Positions 37,554 to 47,462 of a DNA stretch of 64,000 nt are shown here, in pieces; the first letter of the stretch is position 1; each line of letters starts with the position of its first letter. A program made the position numbers and the translations under genes. A model generated the notes under the pieces. It was not told the DNA's origin. It was given only the letters and a program-made list of their open reading frames with translations, and made no database searches. The stretch covers positions 1-64,000 of the forward strand of contig JAHPZH010000009.1 in the NCBI GenBank assembly GCA_019058315.1, read 5' to 3'. This stretch comes from Candidatus Helarchaeota archaeon (GTDB lineage: Archaea > Asgardarchaeota > Lokiarchaeia > Helarchaeales > RDOG01).

Positions 37554-38789
37554 TTAAATCAATAAATATGGATTAAATTCAAATTTATTTATTGAATTTA
37601 AATAATAAATATATAAAGCTTGAATTGTAAACATTGTTGCAGCAGAATTTACATGCATTTTTTTCACTCCATTATCATTACAACCGAATATTATTCCATA
37701 ATTCGCCTTTGGATCTTCATCTTTACATTGATAACTTAATAAATGATGAATCGCTTTTTCTAAATTACCAACCTCAAATTTAATATTTTCTATATATGAT
37801 AACAATAACCACATTCGTATTACTTGAGCAACAACATCTGATCTTTCATCTGGTAAGAATTTTTTATCTACGTACCAAGCAGGAAATCCCCCATTTTCAA
37901 ATTGGTTTCTTAATATCCATTCAACTGCTCTTTTAGCACTTTTAATATATTCCTTATTTTTTAAAATAAGACCAACACAAAATAGCCCTTCTGCTGCATA
38001 AATATGCGGATGAGTATGTGTATCACCTTTTTTCAGAAAATTGATAAATCGACCATCTTCCTTTTGTAGGGTTAATGCCCAATCACATACTTCAATCGCA
38101 CTTTTTTTAAAACTATCCATTTGCGTCACTGTATAAAGATTTAATAATCCAATAGCATTCTTAGTATGGAAAGGCTCGGATTGAGTGGACCATTTTCCAT
38201 ATCCGTCAATATAAATTTTATTATCTGCGTCATAAACTGCAAAAAAAGAACCATCCTCCTTCTGCATATCGTTAATTAACCAGTTACCAACTTTCTTAGC
38301 CATATCAAGATATTTTTTGTTTTTTGTTTGCTTATATAAATTAACAAAACCATTCAAACACATTGCATTGTCGAATGAAAATAGCCAAGGTCGAAAGGAT
38401 TCCCTGTGATACAAATAACGGTCATTAAAAATCCCATCTCGACTAATTTGTGCAAAATTTATTAAGTAGTCTCCTGCTTTGATAGCACGGTCAATCAAAG
38501 AAGGATCCGGTGTAATATGATTTAAATAAAGCAGTGTGGTTATACCATATCCAGTTATTTCAGAATAAGCAAAAGGATAGTTTTTCTTACTTAAATCATA
38601 CCAACATTGGAATGATCCCAGTATACAATCTTGCTCCTTTTCTATACATTGAATTCCAGAATTTAATAACCAGGATTTAATGGATTGAATTTTATTTAAT
38701 ATAAAATCTTTATCTAACTTACCAGGGATAACCATAACGTCTTCCTCTTTCTTTATCCATAGTTTCTTGCCATGGATAAGGGTGGTCAA
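37554..38789 (-). CDS. (alpha/alpha) toroid protein of glycan loci (YSEITGY motif; possible epimerase/lyase); start probably ATG 38735
   Basis: Repeated A...WL...Q..DG.F helical-hairpin units. Confidence 0.6.
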   Translation of the reverse strand: MTTLIHGKKLWIKKEEDVMVIPGKLDKDFILNKIQSIKSWLLNSGIQCIEKEQDCILGSFQCWYDLSKKNYPFAYSEITGYGITTLLYLNHITPDPSLIDRAIKAGDYLINFAQISRDGIFNDRYLYHRESFRPWLFSFDNAMCLNGFVNLYKQTKNKKYLDMAKKVGNWLINDMQKEDGSFFAVYDADNKIYIDGYGKWSTQSEPFHTKNAIGLLNLYTVTQMDSFKKSAIEVCDWALTLQKEDGRFINFLKKGDTHTHPHIYAAEGLFCVGLILKNKEYIKSAKRAVEWILRNQFENGGFPAWYVDKKFLPDERSDVVAQVIRMWLLLSYIENIKFEVGNLEKAIHHLLSYQCKDEDPKANYGIIFGCNDNGVKKMHVNSAATMFTIQALYIYYLNSINKFEFNPYLLI

Positions 38790-39546
38790 TAATACCTAAT
38801 GGACATTTGATATCTCTTATATTTCTAACAACCTTTGCGGGATTTCCCATAACAATAGTTTCGGGTGGTACATCACGGGTTACTAGAGAGAGAGCTCCAA
38901 TTATAGCACTTTGTCCAATTGTGATTCTGGGAAGAAGAACTCCTATGCTTCCGACTATTACATAATCTTCGATAATAGGACCTTTTATACATTTACCACA
39001 TGGTGGATGTAAATCTGTCGCTGCTCCAGAGTATGGAAACCACCAAGTAAAATTTTTTACAACAGTTGTATCTCCCAAGTGGTTAAGATTAATAAATCTA
39101 TTATGATCTCCGATTGTTATAGGTCCCCAAAATTCAGAATGGTTTCCAATATAATTGTTGTAACCAATATTACATCCTTGTCTCAGCATTACCCAAGAAC
39201 CCGTCTCAAATTTATCCCCTATTTCACAATCTGCATAAATTATAGTATAAGAACGAATATTTGCATTTTCTCCAATTTTTAAAACGGGATTGTCATATCC
39301 TTCAGGGTCTTGTAAATATCCGAGTCGATCCTTTTTTGTCTCATCCTTATGAAAATATTCAATGTACTGTCCTAAGGTAACAAAATCTGCTATTACAGAA
39401 TTCGAACCGAGATGAACATTTGATTTTATTATAGAATTATAACCGATTCGGCAATTATCTCCAATAACAGCACCGTCTTCAATAATTACACCCGGTTTTG
39501 TTTTAACATTTTTACCTATTTCTGCATCTTTACTTATTAGATTCAT
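38719..39546 (-). CDS. Hexapeptide-repeat (LbH) acyltransferase, paralog 1
   Basis: Hexapeptide repeats, DLHPPCGKC, VMGNPAK. Confidence 0.88.
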   Translation of the reverse strand: MNLISKDAEIGKNVKTKPGVIIEDGAVIGDNCRIGYNSIIKSNVHLGSNSVIADFVTLGQYIEYFHKDETKKDRLGYLQDPEGYDNPVLKIGENANIRSYTIIYADCEIGDKFETGSWVMLRQGCNIGYNNYIGNHSEFWGPITIGDHNRFINLNHLGDTTVVKNFTWWFPYSGAATDLHPPCGKCIKGPIIEDYVIVGSIGVLLPRITIGQSAIIGALSLVTRDVPPETIVMGNPAKVVRNIRDIKCPLGIIDHPYPWQETMDKERGRRYGYPW

Positions 39547-39688
39547 ATTAAATCATCATATTTTAATTGTATAAAATAGATGTAAGTTAAAGTCTGTGAG
39601 ATTGAATAAAAATATTGCTCATATATCTTATAAGCGTAAAATATCTATAATAAATATAATTTAAATGAGCTTTTTTAATTTATTTGGA

Positions 39689-40516
39689 TTAATCGGGGTA
39701 ACCATATCTTTTTCTTCTATTCTTATCCATTTTTTCATACCATGGATATGGGTGGTCAATAATACCTAATGGACAAGTGATATCCTTAACATTCTTAACC
39801 ACTTTAGCTGGATTACCTACAACAATAGTTTCTGGGGGAACGTCTTCTGTTACTAAGGAACATGCTGCTACAATAGCATTTTTTCCCACCTTTAGTCTTG
39901 GAAGAACTAAAGAAAAACTTCCAATAATTGCATAATCCTCAATTATTGGTCCTTGTAAGCATTTTCCACAAGGTGGATGAAGGTCCGTAGCAAGTGTGGC
40001 ATAAGGGAGAAACCAGCAACAATTTCCAATATCACTTGTATCTCCAATATGGGCACATGCGATAAACCTATTATGATCTCCGGTTTTTAAAGGACCCCAA
40101 AATTCACAATGGTTTCCCAAATAATTATTATTACCAATTTTGCACCCATTTCTAATAACTGTCCAGCTACCCGTTTCTAGTTTATCTCCAATTTCGCAAC
40201 CCGCATAAATTAGAGTATTGGCACGAATTTTTGCTTTTGTTCCAATCTTCAAAATAGGATTTTTGTATGTTTTTGAATTTTTATAATATCCAGTTTTTGT
40301 CTCATCTTCTCCATTTATAAAATAAGTTCCGATATATTCACCTAAAATTACATTTGCGCCAATATATGAGTTAGAACTTAAGTGAACATTTTTCCTTATA
40401 ATTGTATTATGACCAATCTCTACATTATCCCCAATAATTACACCATCTTCAATAATTACATTGTGCCCCATATATACGTTTTTTCCAATTTCTGCGTCTT
40501 TACTAATAAGATCCAT
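39689..40516 (-). CDS. Hexapeptide-repeat (LbH) acyltransferase, paralog 2
   Basis: Same length (275 aa) and motifs as paralog 1. Confidence 0.88.
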   Translation of the reverse strand: MDLISKDAEIGKNVYMGHNVIIEDGVIIGDNVEIGHNTIIRKNVHLSSNSYIGANVILGEYIGTYFINGEDETKTGYYKNSKTYKNPILKIGTKAKIRANTLIYAGCEIGDKLETGSWTVIRNGCKIGNNNYLGNHCEFWGPLKTGDHNRFIACAHIGDTSDIGNCCWFLPYATLATDLHPPCGKCLQGPIIEDYAIIGSFSLVLPRLKVGKNAIVAACSLVTEDVPPETIVVGNPAKVVKNVKDITCPLGIIDHPYPWYEKMDKNRRKRYGYPD

Positions 40517-40654
40517 ATAATACCTTCATTTTTTTGTTATTTTAAATAATATAAAGTTAAAAATTTAAATGTTGAATAAAAATATTGCTTAATATTAAAT
40601 GATTTGAGTAATATAACTCTATTTAAAAAATTCACAAAAAATATTTTAAAATAG

Positions 40655-41668
40655 ATGAATATTGATTGTGTATTAAAAAATCGTGGTGCAATAAAAATGG
40701 ATAAGGATTTTTGGACTGGAAAAAGAGTATTAGTAACTGGCGCAGACGGTTTTATGGGCTCTCATCTTACTGAAAGACTCCTAAAATTAGGGGCTGAAGT
40801 TTCAATTTTTGTTAGAGGAAATTCAATAACAGGGACTACTCAATATGCAGTAAGGAATATAGATCACATAAAAGATAAATTAAAATCTATAATTACTGGT
40901 AATATTGCTGCAAATGATTCAATATTTTTAATGATGAAATCAGAACCTCAACATATTTTCCATTTAGCTGCTGATGCATATGTCCCAAATTCATTCGATC
41001 ACCCTATAGAAGTGATGGAAACAAATCTTATTGGAACCTTAAATGTGCTTCATACTGTTATGAATCTAAAAGAAATTGAACAATGTGTTTGTACATCTTC
41101 AAGTGAAATTTATGGAACTGCTCAATATGCTCCAATTGATGAAAAACATCCTTTAAATGGAACATCACCATACGCCGCATCAAAAATTGCTGCAGATAGG
41201 TATTGCTATGCATATTGGAACACATATGGACTTCCAATTGCTACAATTAGACCATTTAATACTTTTGGGCCACGTCATACTTATGATGTAATTCCAAAAT
41301 TCATTAATTTAGCATTAGAAGGGAAAAATATTACAGTTTATGGCAGTGGGGAACAATCTAGGGATTTTACATACGTCTCTGATATGATAGAAGCTTTTTT
41401 AGTAATGGGAGGAAATAAAAAAGCAATTGGTAAAGCCATAAATTTTGGGACGGGAAAAGATTACTCTATTAATTATATTGCAGAAAAAATTGTTGAATAT
41501 AGTAATACAAAATCGAAGATTGTTCATATTGAAAAAAGATTAGCAGAAGTTCAAAGATTAATATGTGATTATTCAAAAGCAAAAGAGCTGTTTGGTTGGG
41601 AGCCGAAAGTTTCAATTGATGAAGGCTTGAAGAAAAATATTGAATGGGAAGTTAATCGCAGGAAATAA
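40655..41668 (+). CDS. NAD-dependent nucleotide-sugar 4,6-dehydratase/epimerase (SDR)
   Basis: GADGFMGS, TSSSEIYG, YAASK, RPFNTFGPR. Confidence 0.9.
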   Translation: MNIDCVLKNRGAIKMDKDFWTGKRVLVTGADGFMGSHLTERLLKLGAEVSIFVRGNSITGTTQYAVRNIDHIKDKLKSIITGNIAANDSIFLMMKSEPQHIFHLAADAYVPNSFDHPIEVMETNLIGTLNVLHTVMNLKEIEQCVCTSSSEIYGTAQYAPIDEKHPLNGTSPYAASKIAADRYCYAYWNTYGLPIATIRPFNTFGPRHTYDVIPKFINLALEGKNITVYGSGEQSRDFTYVSDMIEAFLVMGGNKKAIGKAINFGTGKDYSINYIAEKIVEYSNTKSKIVHIEKRLAEVQRLICDYSKAKELFGWEPKVSIDEGLKKNIEWEVNRRK

Positions 41669-41671
41669 TAA

Positions 41672-42061
41672 TCAAAAAAGTTGTTTTATTTCATCTTTTA
41701 GAAAAATCCAAACAATAATAAGTCCGATTAAAAACATAGTCCAGAACATCGAAATTAGTAAAGTGTATTTCCATCCCCAATCTTTTAAGTGATAAATAGA
41801 ATAAACTGCTGGTAGAGTTAAAATTCCTGCAACCAAAAAAAGAGGACCAAAAATATAATTTACTGTTACAATGATTAAATCAACAGGGACTGTAACATCA
41901 CCTATAAAAATTCCACTAGGAAAAAACATTTTCATAATTAAATTATCATCTATATTCGTAGTCCAAGCTATAATTACAATTCCTATTAATCCAATAGCAC
42001 CTAATAAATAAATTATCATAATTAAATTCAGTTCAAGTGATCGCTCTGGCATTTTTAACAT
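41672..42061 (-). CDS. Small hypothetical membrane protein
   Basis: Three to four hydrophobic segments. Confidence 0.6.
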   Translation of the reverse strand: MLKMPERSLELNLIMIIYLLGAIGLIGIVIIAWTTNIDDNLIMKMFFPSGIFIGDVTVPVDLIIVTVNYIFGPLFLVAGILTLPAVYSIYHLKDWGWKYTLLISMFWTMFLIGLIIVWIFLKDEIKQLF

Positions 42062-42118
42062 TCCTTTTATAAATTTTTTCTATTTTTGATTGAATTTTAA
42101 TATAAGAGGCTTTATCTT

Positions 42119-42162
42119 ACCATCAAATATTGTCTATTATTTTTACAATACTCTCATTTGAT
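42119..42162 (-). promoter_or_regulatory. Putative eukaryote/Loki-type SECIS element (kink-turn hairpin)
   Basis: AUCA-AAU-GA-GAGUAUUGU-AAAAAUAAUAG-ACAAUAUUU-GA-UGGU: AUGA/GA core, 9-bp upper helix, A-run opening the apical loop. Confidence 0.65.
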
Positions 42163-42169
42163 TCAATCA

Positions 42170-42442
42170 TCATAATATAATTCCATTTGCGCTAAGCACA
42201 AATAGAACTGCTATGACAGCAAACACCACAATTAGGATAACAATGGCTTTTCAAATCGGAGGGCGTTCACCTTTTATACCTGTATACATAATTAAAATTG
42301 CAGCAGTATAACCAAAGAGACAAAGCGGTCAAACATGTTTAAAGATCGTCATTGACATAATTTCAAACCCTATTTGATACACCATTGCCAGAATTCCAAT
42401 TGAAAATGTTGTTTTATCTTTTATTTCTATTTTATCAACCAC
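42170..42442 (-). CDS. Candidate small membrane selenoprotein (UxxC, DsbB/VKOR-like context); not in the ORF track
   Basis: One frame of 90 codons with 3 TM segments, interrupted only by TGA at 42331 (HV-U-PLC) and 42253; SECIS-like hairpin immediately 3'. Confidence 0.62.
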
Positions 42443-42608
42443 CTAAAATTTATCGTTATTCGTTATGAAAAACGGTTTATTAATTATTAAAAGGAGAAAA
42501 AAATAAATCTTTTTCTTTAACGTTTTTTTTAAGAATGTTAATTAAAATATAAAAAACAATTTAAATTACAAATAATTGATTAAAAAAAAAGAAAAAATCT
42601 GGTTAATA

Positions 42609-42803
42609 TTATGAAAAATAGTTTGGAATCTTCTGATCAAATTCTATTTCTATAAAAATTTCATAAGTTTCGCATTTTGGGCATTTTATATCCTCTAGGA
42701 GAGTTTCTCCATCTACCTTAAAAAATAAATTACATTTCATACAATAAAAACTAAGTGTCGGTTTTTCTTTAATTTCTTTTTTAATTTCAATCAAAAGCAT
42801 CAC
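42609..42803 (-). CDS. Small zinc-ribbon protein
   Basis: CMKC ... CPKC. Confidence 0.65.
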   Translation of the reverse strand: MMLLIEIKKEIKEKPTLSFYCMKCNLFFKVDGETLLEDIKCPKCETYEIFIEIEFDQKIPNYFS

Positions 42804-43180
42804 ATATTCTCTAATTTTTGGTTAATACTAAAAAATCCCAATTATATTAATATCTATTCCACTAAATTTCTTGTAATATATATAGAGTCATCATAATATT
42901 TAATATTTTGCATTTTCCGAATTGCCTTGAAATGCCGAATTTCGAATTCTCTGGCAGTAAAACTACATTTTTAAAAATTAGTTTTTGAAAATGTTTCAAA
43001 ATTTTTTATCAAAAGTAAAAAAAAAATTATTTGAATTTCATAACAATCAAAATTTTTTATAAAATATCCCTAGATCAAAAAATGATTCTAATAAAAGAAA
43101 AAAACATCTATTGCAATAATTAATGAAATAATTCACTTTCCGTTTATCTAAAGGCAAAAACTCCTCGAATGGATAAAAAA

Positions 43181-44248
43181 TTAGTATTTTCTAAATAATT
43201 TACCCCAACCAGTATTCATAAACCATGAAATTTTCTTTCTGGCTTTGGTTGGATACCAAAATCTATCATGATAAGTTGCTGATAATTTGACAGGTATGTT
43301 AAAAACATTTGTATCGAAGAGAATATGTTTGAGCGGGCTATCATATAATCTTCGATTCCAATATATTACGGGAGACATCTTTGTTTCAGTATGAAAATTC
43401 GGTAATTTCTCCATACCATCATAATCTCCGACTATTTCAATCTGATCTAAGTCTCCAATTCCTAAACCTAAATCATGACACATCTTTATCTTAGGCACTT
43501 TTTCTAATGGAATACCCATTACTTTACACTGAATTGCATCAATTGAAACCATATCACTAGAAGCTAATAGAATATTTCCTAATTTGACATCATGCGTTCT
43601 TGGTCCTGCCCCATCACCTATGATAGTTCCATCTGTTAATGCAAATAAAGGACCGCAGACCTCTTTTTGAACTAATAATAGGTCAGTTAAAATTTCATGA
43701 ATCCACAAATGCGAATGAAATCTAACTTTTTTTAACAACATACCAAATGCATTTTTTAAGGCTCCAGTCATCTCACTATGTCCATGACATTTAATAGTTG
43801 GTAAATGCAATATTTGAGCCTTTAAAACATTTTCTGGGACTATAACTTGCCCAAAAATTTCTTCTAATTTCAAAGTAGGTTTAGATAATTTTACAGGAAC
43901 CCATTTTGTCTTTGTTAAGTCTCCAAACTTAAGCTTATAATTCTTAATTATCGAATTCCAGCGATTATTCTTGAGACCTTTATCAATTTTTGTTACAACG
44001 GTTTCATTTTCTATTGGGACGATTTTTTCTGGACTAAAATCATTATTAATCAAATACTTCATAAGTCCATCAAAGATGTAAGGATGAGTAGAACAAGCGG
44101 GATAAAATAAACTCCAACTTAAATTTAATTTCAATATTGTTTTATCTGTGGGCTTAAATGTTTTTTTCAATCCACCTAATTCCATAGCTCTCTCAATATC
44201 GCTAAAAATTGTTTTTGGAGAGGTCTTTACTGCAGCCACAACGGACAT
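43181..44248 (-). CDS. DUF362 domain protein
   Basis: LKLNLSW, LPTIKCHGH..MTGALKN.FG, DG...GDGAGP, D.VSIDA. Confidence 0.85.
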   Translation of the reverse strand: MSVVAAVKTSPKTIFSDIERAMELGGLKKTFKPTDKTILKLNLSWSLFYPACSTHPYIFDGLMKYLINNDFSPEKIVPIENETVVTKIDKGLKNNRWNSIIKNYKLKFGDLTKTKWVPVKLSKPTLKLEEIFGQVIVPENVLKAQILHLPTIKCHGHSEMTGALKNAFGMLLKKVRFHSHLWIHEILTDLLLVQKEVCGPLFALTDGTIIGDGAGPRTHDVKLGNILLASSDMVSIDAIQCKVMGIPLEKVPKIKMCHDLGLGIGDLDQIEIVGDYDGMEKLPNFHTETKMSPVIYWNRRLYDSPLKHILFDTNVFNIPVKLSATYHDRFWYPTKARKKISWFMNTGWGKLFRKY

Positions 44249-44344
44249 TTTTTTTACATCGAAAATCTTTAAACTTAATTACAAAAATTAATAAGAAAAA
44301 TTGTTAAAAATTCTTTTGTTATACTTCGGGAGCTTGAAAAATTC

Positions 44345-46744
44345 ATGGATAGAAAAAAAATTGAAGTATCAACAGAAAAAATAATACTTAACATTATAAA
44401 AAATCGACAAATAGACCTTGTTGAAAATTTAGTAAAAATCGTAAAAAAAGAACATAATATCCCTCAAGAAACAACTCTTAAAATAATAAATCAATTAAAT
44501 TCAGCTGGCAAATTAACGTTACATGATCCAGAACCAGAAATTGAGGATTATTCTGCTTATAGTTTCATTAAATTTATAAAACATAATTCTAATCGAGATT
44601 ATTGGTTTATTTTAATATCAGCTATCCTTGGGTTATTTTTTTCTTTGATTATTCAAAATGAATCTCCCTTTACTCTCCTTAGAGCTATTTTTGGTATATT
44701 TGCATTTTTTTTTAGTTTAGGTTATTTAATTGCCGATTTAACCTTTTTTAAAGAAGAAATGGATACTTATGAAAAAATTACTATTAGTATTGGATTAAGT
44801 ACTGTTATTTCTCCCTTAATACTTTATTTTATAAATTTTACACCATTAAAACTAACGGAAATATATAATACTATTCTATATTCCATAATAATAATTATAG
44901 GATTCATATTTTTATACATAAGATTTAAAAAGACAGATTTAACTAAATTAAAAACTAAAGTACCAATAATAGGTCGCCGAAGACTTTTCACGCTGACAGT
45001 TCTTTGTTTATTAATTGCGGCGTTGGTGAGGGCTTTTAATATCTATCAATATCCTTTATTTGGAACTCCTTCAGACCCTTGGCTTCATTATGGGGTCGCA
45101 AAGGCTGCTATTAATTTAAAATGGTTCGAATTTTATTATGGGGCAATTTATGATGTTTTTTATCCTTTATATTATATGACATTGGTCGGTCTTAAGTTTC
45201 TTTCAGGCTTTGATTTATTATTCATGTGTAAAACAACTCCCATGATAATAAGTGTGTTCACCACATTCATCTTAATAGTTTTATCATATAGAGTAACTAA
45301 AAAATGGGAGATTGGAATTCTTACAGGTCTTTTTAGTTCAACAATGGATGTTATTACTCCTGTGAACTCTGCCACTTTGTGGCCCCAAACAATAGGGTAT
45401 ATGTTTTTCCCACTTATCATTTATGCATTTCTTAAAGTAAGTGAAGAAAGGAAATTGAAAGATATGATATTATCAATAATATTTTTTTCGTATCTTACAG
45501 TCACACATGTTGTAACAATAGCTGCATTAATATCGGCTTTAATTTTAATTGCAATTACTCTATTTTATAGAAAAACGTATAACAAAGAATTCCTCTATAC
45601 ATTAATTATTTGTATTGGTTTCTTTATCGGATGGGGAAGTATTTTTTACACTAGAAAATTAACGGAATTAGTTACTATAAATATATCACGGTTGGATTTT
45701 TCATTAATCCTAGTATTAGGTGGCGCAGCATTATTAGGAATAGGTATTATTTTTTTCTATCTAAAACGATTTGGGCCAACAGTCAGGACAAGTTTTGAAT
45801 TGACATTTACTAAAATGAGTTGGTTAATAATCATTTTAGTTTTCGGAATCGGATTAAACCCACTTTTATGGATGATTTTTCCAATAACTAGTGGATTCGC
45901 TCAAGGGATACCCTTTATTTATTATATAATTATATTCATCGCAGCTTATCCAATGTTAATATTAGGTATTACGGGATTTAGAATAATGTTTCATAGAGGT
46001 GGAATGAGAGATCAATATTTAACTGGTTGGTTAATGGGTCTGATTATAATTGCGGTTTTAATTATGTTTGGGGGAAATTACTTATTTTCGGGGAGAGTTG
46101 CAGCATTTGCTACTGGTTTATTCATTATATTAGCTTCAATTGCTATATTTTCAATTTTTTCTACCATGAAAAATCGGACTAGAAAGCAAATACTAATATT
46201 GTCTTTAATTACTGCATACTCAACACCCTTTGCTATTTTATACAGATATCCACTAGTTTATGGGATTGAAGAGACGCGATATTCCGAATATCAGAGTTTA
46301 GCTTGGTTAGCTCCTCATGTCACATCCTTTCCGGTTTTTATAGGTGATAATAGGGCATTATATCTAGTAGAAGGTGTTGTATGGAATCCAGTGATGAGTC
46401 TTCAATTCATTGGAGATATTCCATTGTTTGATTCAACAGAACAGATATTATTAGCATATTTTACTGGATTATTTCCTCATTTTTTCAGATTAGGTATATA
46501 TACGTATTATTTTAAATTTTTAAAGGAATTTCTAGAACCTCTAGTAGACTTGGGCTTTGGTCCTGTTTATATAATTATCTTTAGGTACTTTTATGAAGTT
46601 GGTCCAATTGATTTATTCGGTCGAGATGAGACTATCCCTACTATTCCGTTGACTATCTATGATTGGTTCATGTATAGTAATTCTGAAAATTATAATAAGA
46701 TATTTGATAATTGGTTTGAACAAATTTACATTCCAAATCTTTAG
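44345..46744 (+). CDS. Large membrane protein: N-terminal DUF1616-like region fused to a GT-C-like multi-TM domain
   Basis: E+ITISIGLS segment; luminal SDPWLH motif; more than 15 TM segments. Confidence 0.6.
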   Translation: MDRKKIEVSTEKIILNIIKNRQIDLVENLVKIVKKEHNIPQETTLKIINQLNSAGKLTLHDPEPEIEDYSAYSFIKFIKHNSNRDYWFILISAILGLFFSLIIQNESPFTLLRAIFGIFAFFFSLGYLIADLTFFKEEMDTYEKITISIGLSTVISPLILYFINFTPLKLTEIYNTILYSIIIIIGFIFLYIRFKKTDLTKLKTKVPIIGRRRLFTLTVLCLLIAALVRAFNIYQYPLFGTPSDPWLHYGVAKAAINLKWFEFYYGAIYDVFYPLYYMTLVGLKFLSGFDLLFMCKTTPMIISVFTTFILIVLSYRVTKKWEIGILTGLFSSTMDVITPVNSATLWPQTIGYMFFPLIIYAFLKVSEERKLKDMILSIIFFSYLTVTHVVTIAALISALILIAITLFYRKTYNKEFLYTLIICIGFFIGWGSIFYTRKLTELVTINISRLDFSLILVLGGAALLGIGIIFFYLKRFGPTVRTSFELTFTKMSWLIIILVFGIGLNPLLWMIFPITSGFAQGIPFIYYIIIFIAAYPMLILGITGFRIMFHRGGMRDQYLTGWLMGLIIIAVLIMFGGNYLFSGRVAAFATGLFIILASIAIFSIFSTMKNRTRKQILILSLITAYSTPFAILYRYPLVYGIEETRYSEYQSLAWLAPHVTSFPVFIGDNRALYLVEGVVWNPVMSLQFIGDIPLFDSTEQILLAYFTGLFPHFFRLGIYTYYFKFLKEFLEPLVDLGFGPVYIIIFRYFYEVGPIDLFGRDETIPTIPLTIYDWFMYSNSENYNKIFDNWFEQIYIPNL

Positions 46745-46758
46745 AAATTACATAAAAA

Positions 46759-47451
46759 GTGATACTTTTGTCAATCCGTGGAAAAACCTATAGAGATGAA
46801 TTGTCTGACGAAATTGTGAAAAAATTATTAGCGAATCCCTACACGGTTCATTCGAAGATGCTTGAAATAGTAGGGAAAAACAAGACTATATTAGAAGTTG
46901 GTTGCGCAACAGGTTATATGACTAAAAGGTTTAAAAAAAATAATTGCAATATTACTGGTATTGAAATCAATCCAAAAAGTGCAGACCTTGCTAAGCAATA
47001 TTGTGATCAAATAATTATAGGTGACATTGAAATAGAAAAAGATCTTCCTTTAAAAAAGGAATATTTTGACTTTATTTTATTTGCTGATGTGCTTGAGCAC
47101 TTACGTTTTCCTCTTCGAACACTATTTAAGTTTAAAAAATATTTAAAACCTGAAGGAAAATTCTTTATTTCTCTCCCTAATGTTGCAAATTATCGTGTAC
47201 GACTGAATCTATTAACTGGCAGATTTAATTATACAGAAATTGGATTGCTAGATAAAACACATCTTAGATTTTTTACAATTAATACAGCTAAACAACTTAT
47301 ACGGGATGCTGGATTAAAAATAGTAAAATTGGACGTATCTCCAAGTTGGAATAGTTCAATCAATTTATTAAATAAATTATATTATTTAATTACTAAAACT
47401 TGGAAAAGCTTATTTGCTTATAGTATCCTAATTCTAGCCTCAAAAAAATAA
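46759..47451 (+). CDS. Class I SAM-dependent methyltransferase (glycan-locus type)
   Basis: LEVGCATG, ADVLEHL, SLPN, GLLDKTHLRFFT. Confidence 0.9.
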   Translation: MILLSIRGKTYRDELSDEIVKKLLANPYTVHSKMLEIVGKNKTILEVGCATGYMTKRFKKNNCNITGIEINPKSADLAKQYCDQIIIGDIEIEKDLPLKKEYFDFILFADVLEHLRFPLRTLFKFKKYLKPEGKFFISLPNVANYRVRLNLLTGRFNYTEIGLLDKTHLRFFTINTAKQLIRDAGLKIVKLDVSPSWNSSINLLNKLYYLITKTWKSLFAYSILILASKK

Positions 47452-47462
47452 AACTCAGTAAT

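Noticed and set aside
42143-42442. Genome-wide UGA=Trp/Gly recoding as the explanation for the in-frame TGAs
   Set aside because: Neighbouring genes use TGG for Trp and end at TGA in family-appropriate places (e.g. 3788, 22857, 32512)
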